Shown: one piece after another, positions 49,901-59,552 of the stretch
How the letters are laid out: each line of letters starts with the position of its first letter
How positions within the stretch are numbered: the first letter of the stretch is position 1
Origin: Antedon mediterranea
Lineage: Eukaryota; Animalia; Echinodermata
Direction of reading: 5' to 3'
Length of the DNA: 64,000 bases
Assembly: GCF_964355755.1 (NCBI RefSeq)
Contig: NC_092676.1
Coordinates: 8,409,888 to 8,473,887, forward strand
Translations under genes and position numbers: made by a program
Notes under the pieces: model-generated
Databases searched by the model: none
Told to the model about the DNA's origin: nothing
What the model saw: only the letters and a program-made list of their open reading frames with translations

Positions 49901-52900
49901 CAAGCCCACACCCATCCAAGCCCACACCCATCCAAGCCCACACCCATCCAAGCCCACACCCATCCAAGCCCACACCCATCCAAGCCCACACCCATCAAAG
50001 CCCACACCTATCAAAGCCAACCAATTTTTAACAATTGAGTCTTTGTGTTAACTTTCTTAACACTTTAAATATTGCATGGTGAATTTAAACACTTATGAGA
50101 GTTTCGTTTTTCTTAAAAAGAAAAATGCACTTATGCCGGAGAAACTTAAATAAGTCCAGAGGGCTTTAAGGCTAGTTCCACCAGAACAAAAAGTATATTT
50201 AAAGTTAATAAAGTATGGTTGAGAGACTTATTTAATTTTGGAAAGATCACACACTTCACTATACTTAAGACAGTTAGATTAAATTCTGCTAAAATAAACG
50301 TATTTACTGCTAAACATAAATTATAAAGTGTGAGTGTGCCAAATAAGTAATTTTTTTAAAGTAAATGTTAAAGGTTTGCATGTAGGTTTTCCAAGAAGGG
50401 AAGTACTGTATATACTGTAAGTATAATTGAGAAAGGAGTATTTTTCAGAAGATGGTTGTAAAACTTTATTTCCTTCACCAGAACATTTGTTTTTATTTGC
50501 CTGTTTCATTTTTGTCTCTGTTTTGTTCAGGCATAAATTTGAATATAAAATACATAAAAAAAAACCTTGCTCCCTGGTCATGTTTGAAGCTCCATAAAAT
50601 GTGTATAATGTTGCAATATAATTTATGATTTTGTACAAATTCTGAAGAATTCATGAAACACTTTGTTTTTCCTTCTGCTTGATATACTCAATAAATAAAG
50701 TAAAGCTCTGTCCACACCATCAAACTGATGTGCCCATATATGAACATGATGATGTCAAAGCACAACCATATTTGGGCACATCACACATTTTTTGATAATT
50801 TAGACAGAACATAAGATTATTTGCTACAGTACGTTTACCTACGTAAAATGTTTAGTTCATTTTACCCCCAACCCCCATCAACTTATTAACATTAAAGGTA
50901 ATTAGGAAATTTGATTCCCACTATAGAATTTCATCTGTTGTCAATAACAGATTTAAATTTATAGTTGTTGGTAACGACAGCTCTGTACTGATAATACAAA
51001 TGCTGTAAGAATTGAATTGTGTGATTCTGTTTTATCCTTGCAGGTGTTGTTGCAAAATTATTTATCATATTCACAATTTGACTCTGATCTCTTTCTTGTG
51101 AAACATAGAAATTGAAAGTTCAAATTTTAGATTTTGACTGTGAGGATTTCAAACTCATGAAATAATTGCATGATTCAACAAATAAAATAACATTTATTAT
51201 TTGTTAAAATTATAACACACATTGTTCTAAATCAAACATATATTCTGTCCACTGCTTCCATCTTTGAAAAATAGTTAAGACAGAAGGCTAGGCCATTAAA
51301 AATGGTAGTGCTTTTTTGGCTGTAAAGTAAAAAAGAATGGGCACACTACAGGTTGGTTATTATCAATGGTGCAATAAACATTAGAAATCCTATACACAGA
51401 GATACTCTTTAACATATCATCCTCAGAGTTCCTTGTTTCTTTTCTTCCGTTTCTTAATTAGAAATAAATTCAAGATGAGATATGTAGTAAAATTATTGAC
51501 TTGGATTTTCAAAAGCTTACAGTATAATGAATTTGTAATGATTGAGTAGCGCTTAATACGATTTTGTCAGTTTATGTTGTTTCAATTTTACGTACTCTAT
51601 TCAATTGGGTGTGAAGTCCATGACTTTCTGTATCTCAATCACAATCAATTTTAGTCATGTGATCCAAAGAAGAATTAACATTCAAGCAACTGACAAAAAT
51701 CAAATCCAATTCATGAGTTTATAAACAACTGTCATCACACTGTTCTAACTCTTACCATTTTCACACCTGTAATTGTTACAACTTGTTTGTTTGATCTCCC
51801 GATCTATTACACATTTTAATACACGCATACGAACCATGAGAAATCTCGAAAGCATAGTTGCATGCTATTTGATACTATGATTGGTCTGACCAATACGCGT
51901 ACGCGCAATAACAGAATGAGCAATCTCGGAACTAAAAAACAGCCTGTCGTCAGTGTTTTTTTCTTTCGAGATTTCACAAGGGATTTCCACAACATTGTCT
52001 TCACACTATACAACAAACCTGGTTACAAGTTGTTACTTTTTGCAGATCTGAAAGTGTATTACATAATTCTTAGCAAATTTGCGTCACTGTGTCTGAGTGG
52101 GTTTAGTGCTTACTATAAAGCCACAGTTCTGTATCTGAATTTTCACCTTCACCAAATGTGATGGAACAAACTTATTGGTAATTACCGTAGTAAATTTACG
52201 GACCGGTTGGTATGAGGACTAATAACGTGTAATGAAGCTACTGACGTTGTTTTGAGTATGTTGGCGTCATGTTCTGTGTATATCAAATTACGAATTTGTC
52301 GTCATCCAAAAAGTTTAAACAGTATAAAATAGTAAATACTGTCAGTTTTCTCAGCAACAGTTTTCTTTTTTTAATTGTAAATGTTATATTTTCCTATTTA
52401 ATCACAATTCTCTATATTATATTATATTATTATCCCATATTTGGTATTTTCACCCGTTATTCATATTTGTAACCTGTAATATTTTAAACATCATTGGTCA
52501 TATTGAGTATTTTTTTTTTTTGCATTTGGAGGATCTAAGCAAAGCTTAAGTTTTCAATGTAATCTCATCATTGTAAATTCAACTATCTGATGAAATATCA
52601 AACTAGTGCGGACATACACTACCATCCCCATTTCTATGACAACCTGGGATTAGTGATGGATCTACTACTATCTCATTCACTGCTATTTAAATCTCGCATT
52701 TGACTTGGATAATTCTTTAATAGTGCTGTTAATTCAGAATTGTAAAATCTGGCAGATTTTCAGATTTTATTTAATGTTTTCTTGCCAATTCATATGACTT
52801 GCATCACTGGATATCTGAAGATTTGTAATGGGTTAATTTCTATAAATTAAACAAGTATGATTCATAATCAGGATGTTTTACATAGTAAAATGGTAAAGAT

Positions 52901-55900
52901 ATATTGTCCCCCTAACAATTTTTTTTAAATATACCATTTTAATGTCACATAATAGTTATTCACCTCTGATCTGGAAAAAAAAATTTACCTAAAAATACAG
53001 TAATTTAACGCAAAAAATGTCAATGTATTTAGTCTTTATAAGTGAAATCATTTTGTGTCCCATTTTTTTTTATTTGGAAGTGAATAACTTTGTGACAACT
53101 GCAAAAGGGTCTACGGTATTATTAAAGTCTGATTTTATAAGTCTATTTTCATAATTGTAGGGGACAATACTGTATCTTTAAGGTTTAAGTGGAGACTGCT
53201 ATCCAATTTGTATTGGAACATTCCATGCTCCTACTACAGTTATAGTTAGCAATCATTTCTACTTTAAACCACTAGAAACCCCTGAATTAAATTAATTTAA
53301 GCCTGAAAATCTTTCATTAAATTCACAACGTATCTGCCAAGAGAGAAATTGTATGAACTGTTAGTTTTATGATTTAATCCAATATTGATTTTAAATGTTC
53401 TGATGAAATACATGACCATTGAAAAGTAAATTTTTACAAGTTTCCTTTTATTGAGTGTGTGTGCTTAACTACAGTTTTTTCTGCTTTCTGTTTTTACTGT
53501 ATACAATAATAAAATTGTTATTACATGTCAGTCTTTATTTGATCTTATTTTAATCTTAGGAATTGCAATTAACAACTAAATCCTATTACTTGCTTGTATA
53601 AGAACATTGGTAATAATCTATTACGCGAGTACACGGAGTAACGATACGAGAAAATTATTTATCAAGGAGAATAAACTATCTAATTATGAGTTTACTTAAA
53701 CTACAGTATTCTATCCCCTTCTACAGTACGGTACTTATTAAATGGCTTTGTGACACAGTGCCATGGTAATTGTAAAATCATTCAAGCATGACAAGAACAA
53801 CAACCACCCAAAAGTATATCAAACCATGATAAAACCTTACTGTATACGGACAAAGAACAGCATCGTTATTATTGATTAGACTGTTTCTATGTAAAATGTT
53901 TTTCAAGTGTTTTCACCCAAAAATGTTTCTTTAGTCTATCTGTTATTATATTGAACTGTAGTGTTATGTTTAATTAGAATAGAAGTTCTTTGTTTATTTA
54001 ATTAAATCTTTAGTATTAGTATAAATTAACTGGCACAGAACAAATTTTAAATTGCTTATTGATATACTGAAAATTAATTAATTGATTTAGAAACCAGAGT
54101 TTGGTATCCACTCTTCCAGGCTGGTAATTAGTTTTTAGAAGGTTTATTCAATGTCCAATTTTTTGTTTTAGTAGTTTGTTAATTTATTTGAATAAATTAA
54201 ATTTAACATTCTCTTGAAATATTTTTCTTTAATATCTAAAAAAAAAAAAATGTTTGTGAAATAAAAAAAAAGTATTCTAGTATACATATTTACCATATTT
54301 TTTCCAAGGTTATAAGTAATGTGTACTGTATTATTAAATAACAATATAATGACTAAAATTTATGCTGCGGTACGAATTGATTATATCATAATAGTATGTC
54401 TGAAATAATTTAATTCAGAAAGGGACTATAAACATCATTTTCACAATAATAACAAAATAGAATTATTTTTCTGTAACTACAAACACCCATTTTGCAACTA
54501 CACCTTGCACTTCTAACTTGATCCCTTAAATTTTGTTTTCTTATAATATTGTATAGCAATTATAAACTTCTGACATGATCCCTTAATTGAAAGATGCAGA
54601 AATGGAATTGTGGGTAGTGTAATTGGGAGTTTATAATAATTAATAATCTCTTGTTAAACTTAAGAGGGAGTTTATTTTAACTCGGGTGATGATTTTAAGT
54701 TGTTTTTATTATCGTTATAGAAATGGGTTGTTCAGGATTTGCGGAACGAGCTTGTCAAACATGAGGAAGCTGTGGTTGGTGTGAGTAGTTTATTAAAGAA
54801 TTAATAATTGATGTATAAATAAATAATTTGATGTATATGAAATAACACTTTGATATCCATTATGTAGATGAGTTTTAATTAAATGTGATTTATTTTACAA
54901 ATGATGGAATATTTATGAACACAGCTGTTCGGATCCCATGATGCATAGCAATTGAAAATGAAAGAAAAACTTTTGTTGTTAAGCAATGAAATTCAAAGAT
55001 TTTTTATTTACAGTTCTAGATAAAGGTCATGTTTCGTCATTATTTTAAAATACCTCATTAAATTTTTCGAAAGTGAATTTCTTGTAATATTAATAATTAT
55101 CTATAACATACTGTAAGTTTTTTTATAAAATAAAAATAACTAGGTATAGCCTGAGGAAATTATAAACCATTTTTCTAGGCTACCAACATTTCTATTTATG
55201 AAATATGTATGTAGAAATGTATCATATTCAGATGTATTGCCGGACTTGATTAACTTTCGGCCTCTGGCTCCTAATTTTTGATAAACATTATATTGTAGTG
55301 TAAATTAAGCAATTATGATTTTTTTTAAATCTAAGCAAAAAATATATCTGAAATTATAAGCATGATAAATATATTTGGATAAATTATTAATGAATTACAA
55401 ATAAATAAAAGTAAAAAATTAAGAAATTGTTAACATTTTTTATAGAAAAAAAAAACTTGATACCAATACATCACATAGTACCCTGTCATTTTTGTACTTA
55501 GGCAAATGAGGACTTCATTTCCTTGTTACATAATGATATTGAAAGTTATCATACCAGGGAGTTGTTATTAGATGGAGTAACAACAAATTTATCAACTGAT
55601 CTACAGCCAATAAGCGACGAGCGGTATACAGGAACCTCAAAGGATTATGCAGTCAACTGGCACTAATTTCCTGCCTTTTGTTTGGAGTCTACTTTGCCGA
55701 CGATGCCAGGCCCTCTATCGCCGGGATTCGTCCATTTTGAGTAAAGACTTTCGATGCATTCCTGACAAACAAACATTGTAGGCATGCGCAGATGATTCCT
55801 TCTTCGTCTATAGCTTTACAATTTGTTTACGTCATTAGAGAATTCTGCAATATATATTTTACAAAAAACCGCTTTAAATTCCGACCTTTCGTTAAAAAGT

Positions 55901-58900
55901 TACGATAATTCAAAGTGTACGTTCATCTGTTTGTTTGTAGACCTTCTTTCGTGATTTTCAGAGACTTTTGGTAAGTTTTAAAGTTAATATTTGATATTTT
56001 CCGCACGTTTCTCCATTTTAACACCAGCGCTAATATTTAAAAGAGTATGTCTTCTATCATTCTCTTGATATCTTATTTTCTTACAGTTTCTTACATAATC
56101 GTAATTTTGGTTAAAATACAACATGTTTTTATAGGTGTGGGCATGTTGTCAGTAGTGATAAACGCCAGCGTGTAATCTGGGTAATTAACACCCTCCGATC
56201 GTATGTTTGTTGGCGGCTGGAATCGCCGATTCTGGTGATGCACTAGGTACACCACCAGGGCCTAGGCCTAGCCAGGGAGATGGTCTAATAACAAATCCCT
56301 GGCCTAGCCCTCTCCCATAAATAGGCCTAGGCCCCTGCACGTATGCTAGGCGGGGAATTACCTATATAACTAAGCATAGCCTATAGAATAGGCCTATATA
56401 ATTATAGGATGTCCACTATAAATAATAATTAATATTAATACAATTCTATGACTATATATGAATGTACTGACTGTAATTTATTTTGTTGTCTTCCTGTTAT
56501 TCATTATAGGAATTTGTACTGTAATAATGGAAATACAGGCTATTTGTCGTTTATGTGGGCGAGAGACTGCTGCATCTGACTCAAGACGTCTAATTTTGAA
56601 ATCTGATTATTCAGATTTAATCCAGCGTGCACTACAAGTAGATGTGAACACGGATATTCTCCCACCATACAGTTGTAACAACTGTAGAGTAAAACTTGAC
56701 ACATGGAAGAAGAATATGCGCTCTAAAAAGAAGGATGTAAAAATTGGAATAAACCTTGCTGATTTTGATTCCAGTGAAAAACAGACAGAAGAATCTTTTT
56801 TCTGTGAGGCAGCAGTAGTTGCATTGCATCTCAAATGGGATACATTCTTTGGAAAGGAGAAGACAAACACATGTTTACAAACATTGTTATTTGTACATGA
56901 TTGTACATGTATTTATTTTTAAATATGTATTCAATACAAAGAATTAAAAAATGACTCAGTATATCGATTATTTTTATTTACAGTATATCATTCATTAAAA
57001 GCCTTGGTTACATTTAGATATACAGTACTGTTCAGTACTTGATTTTTCTTCTGCACTGTAGCCCCTTTCTTCTTTGTCTGTGCAGGGAGTTCCCTGGTCT
57101 GTGCAGGAACATCTTTGTCTAGAATTGAAAAAAAAAACAATTAACATAACTCCCTGGTCATACATTTAATCAGGCGTTGTCAATTTAACTCCCGGCATTT
57201 GTTAACAAATGAAAAATACATAAATCTTCCCAATTGTCAGTAGTGACAGCCCAGGTCATAATTAATAAATGGAAATAATACTGCATCATCAGAAAGTTGT
57301 TTTTATTGGGGTAGGCCTAGCCCCTACTTGACCGTCCCTCCCTTCCTTCCTGATGAAATATTAAAGTTCAATGAATAAATACCTGTAAAAAAAAGGCAAC
57401 GTAAAAGGCCTCCTTTCTTTCCTAGAGATTCTAGCTAGGAACGGTAGGCTGCAGTAGTATCAAATATTGAATAGGCTACACCAGTTACTAACCTGTTTCT
57501 TGAGTAGTAGTACTACTACTAGGTCGCTTAACACTAGGCCTACTTGAGCCAGGCCTATGCCCAATATTATTAACGTCGTGTTGTTGACAGCATTGCTCAC
57601 AAACCCATTTGCCAGCTGGAACTTCAGAAGATGTGAGCAGTGAGCTTCACACATTCAAAATGGAACCATTCATTAGGACATGCTTTTCCTTCACAAGCGA
57701 TCATTTGATCGTCAGAACTTTCCCCACATGGGCAATACATTGGCACATTTTCATTTAGATCAACATCTTCTAAATCGCTATCATCGAAATCTAAATCGGA
57801 AAAGTCTACGTACATCGCATCGGTATAGAAGTCGTCAGTTGTCATTGTGTGTCGCGATTCGATTGTATCATCTGGCTTTCTGAAACACCATGACGATGTG
57901 TGACGTAGGCCAGAGTTATTCAAGCGAAGCGAAGCAACTTTGACTTTTCTGCGCATGCGCGTGTCATTGATTACGTCAGGGAAAATTGTTTATTTGATGA
58001 GGAACTGTTTATCGGGGATTAAGTCTTATCTATTTTACTTCCTGTCGGAAAAGTAGACTGATCAAAAGAACATACTATGATGTTACTCCATCTAATAACA
58101 ACTCCCTGATCATACTATAGCTTCCTGTTCATGTGCAAGTTTAACCCCAGAGCTCCACTCTCCCTTTTCCTCAAAATTGTTTAAGAAATTGATGTGCTAT
58201 TTGTACTAGTGATTACCTTCCCATTACTTTCAGGATATATATAAAATTGCTATGAGTTCTACTCTACTACAGTATTCCTATGTTGCATTTACAGTATTTA
58301 AGAAATTATGTAATTCATATTAAATCAGAATTATATAAAGTGGATGATTGAAACAGCAGTGTTTACGCACTCACATCACTGTACTCGTCAACTGGGTGTA
58401 ACATGCTTATAATAAAAGCAGTCAAATATGTAGTCCATACTTATTTTTACAGAAAATGGGAACTCAAACTGTGAATAATTCTAGGCCATTAACGTCCAGG
58501 AGTAATAATCAACAACACAAAGCACAGGTGCCAAAGTTATCATCAGGTAAAGTATAATGATAATAACATTTCATGTGCAAGACAAAAAAAATCCAATTAT
58601 TTTCATTTATATTTTAGGATCATGTGTAAATTATTCTATCGCAGTCATTTCTTTAACTACATTTTGTACTGTAATTACGTATAATTTAAAAAAAATGTTT
58701 ATTCAGGTATAAAAGATTTACAAAAATAGTCTGAAGATATTGTATTACAAAGATTGAAACATTAAAAATGACAAATCAAAGGAAGACAAATTCACAGAAA
58801 AACTACAAAAAAAATGTAAACATACAGAAAGGCATATAAAAAAACCCATTAAAAGCAACAGTATTCCAAGGTTATTAGATTACTTGTACCTTTTCCACAT

Positions 58901-59552
58901 ATTCATCTTAATTGTTTAATAAATTCTAGATTTTTATAATTTAATGATTTGTTTCAATTTATTTTTTTTTAAAACTATGTTTATCCACAGAAGCTAGCTA
59001 AACAATAATTGCATACGGGTGTTTAATTACTAACGTTTAGTAGATTTATTTTGCCCATGTCCTTTATACAAATTTCTCTTATTTGATCTGGGTTTGAGCA
59101 GATCTAATGTAGCTCCTCCAACTCATTGCTGTTTCTATCCAAGCAATGAAGTAGATCACAATGAGGCAACCGCAATCTTTGTATAACTAAGCAAATGCTT
59201 TACATAAACAACAACAATTTTAAGTTCTTGGGAGAGTTTTATTGTGAGATAAATTCATACAGTGATATACAATACAAACATCATAGTCCATTTTAAATGA
59301 GTAAAAAAAAAAAAACCTCTTAATAATTTTCTGTTTTTTTAAATTACAGGCTCATTTAAATTACTGCCTTCTCCAGCCAGTAGCAGCCAGCGGTCAAGCC
59401 ATCATACGTCCAGCAGTCATCATTCATCTCACTATGGAAACCCGTCCCGAATGTCAATAATGACCAATAGTCCTATCAAGGTTCCAACATTCACCACTGT
59501 AAGGTTGACCAGTGGAGGTAATAAAAGAGCGACCAGTCCAACTGTTATTCAG
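46934..59552 (+). CDS. PHF21A: PHD finger protein 21 (BHC80/PHF21A-B) 5' part; exons 46934-46996, 48653-48685, 49632-49697, 54721-54780, 58453-58546, 59350-59552; continues downstream
   Basis: The spliced product MANPELAKLQAQLRKEIQNHQ/YVVGRLKREPF/NADLRKQLNEQQMKIQALSDRQ/KWVVQDLRNELVKHEE matches the recalled PHF21A N-terminal coiled coil ([62 protein letters not shown]). The later PIKVPTFTTVRLT resembles PIKVPQF..PRLT. GT-AG sites and phases are consistent. The PHD domain is not in the window, and exons 5-6 are less certain. Confidence 0.88.
48908..49104. mobile_element. Family E MITE (inverted) with 6-bp TSD
   Basis: TAGATG|CAGGCCTTGTTTTT...AAAAGACAAGGCCTA|TAGATG. Confidence 0.8.
49727..50015. 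repeat. 16-bp minisatellite CATCCAAGCCCACACC, about 18 units
   Basis: Directly visible; starts about 30 bp after the PHF21 exon 3 donor. Confidence 0.95.
50704..50810. mobile_element. Family B MITE, internally deleted
   Basis: AGCTCTGTCCACACCATCAAAC...TTTGATAATTTAGACAGAAC. Confidence 0.65.
51753..52058. mobile_element. Family D MITE (inverted)
   Basis: TTTTCACACCTGTAA...TTTTGCAGATCTGAAAGT; interior CATAGTTGCATGCTATTTGATACTATGATTG is the reverse complement of part of 42424-42711. Confidence 0.6.
52897..53177. mobile_element. Family A MITE
   Basis: AGATATATTGTCCCCC...GGGGACAATA(CTGTA)TCT|TTAA. Confidence 0.7.
56527..56922 (+). pseudogene. Truncated transposon gene: N-terminal C2-C2 zinc domain resembling the RAG1 N-terminal/Chapaev/ZAD-type domain; catalytic region absent
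   Basis: MEIQAICRLCGRE..YSDLIQRALQVDVNTDILPPYSCNNCRVKL; acceptor TTATAG at 56509 before the ATG and an upstream donor GTAAGT at 55971; coding-like composition ends near 56862. Confidence 0.7.
56988..57845 (-). pseudogene. Transposon accessory gene: acidic stretch + ING-type PHD finger; exons 57845-57493 and 57118-56988; frameshifted by a 7-bp insertion
   Basis: MTTDDFYTDAMYVDFSDLDFDDSDLEDVDLNENVPMYCPCGESSDDQMIACEGKACPNEWFHFECVKL, then after the shift EVPAGKWVCEQC (complete C4HC3); donor GTTAGT, acceptor TTCTAG, stop TGA, and AATAAA just downstream. Confidence 0.8.

Larger units (their letters stand above)
55555..58108. mobile_element. 2554-bp non-autonomous TIR transposon, probably P superfamily, carrying two convergent genes
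   Basis: Perfect 28-bp TIRs CAGGGAGTTGTTATTAGATGGAGTAACA (55555-55582 and 58081-58108); 7-bp TSD ATCATAC (55548-55554 and 58109-58115); lies in PHF21 intron 4. Confidence 0.92.

Noticed and set aside
51044-51186. Alternative terminal exon of PHF21 (acceptor CCTTGCAG, stop at 51113, AATAAA at 51181)
   Set aside because: Such signals arise readily by chance in AT-rich introns; there is no supporting protein similarity.
57624-57956. PHD ORF as an exon of host PHF21 or a host ING gene
   Set aside because: It is antisense to PHF21, lies inside the TIR-bounded element and lacks ING N-terminal helices.
55555-58108. Bona fide ProtoRAG/RAG-like (Transib) transposon
   Set aside because: TIRs start CAGGGAG rather than an RSS-like CAC heptamer, the TSD is 7 not 5 bp, there is no RAG1 core or RAG2 kelch sequence, and the PHD is ING-type.
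55548-58116. hAT assignment for the large element
   Set aside because: An 8-bp TSD does not fit (TATCATAC vs ATCATACT), and TIR-retaining scars are not expected from hAT hairpin excision.
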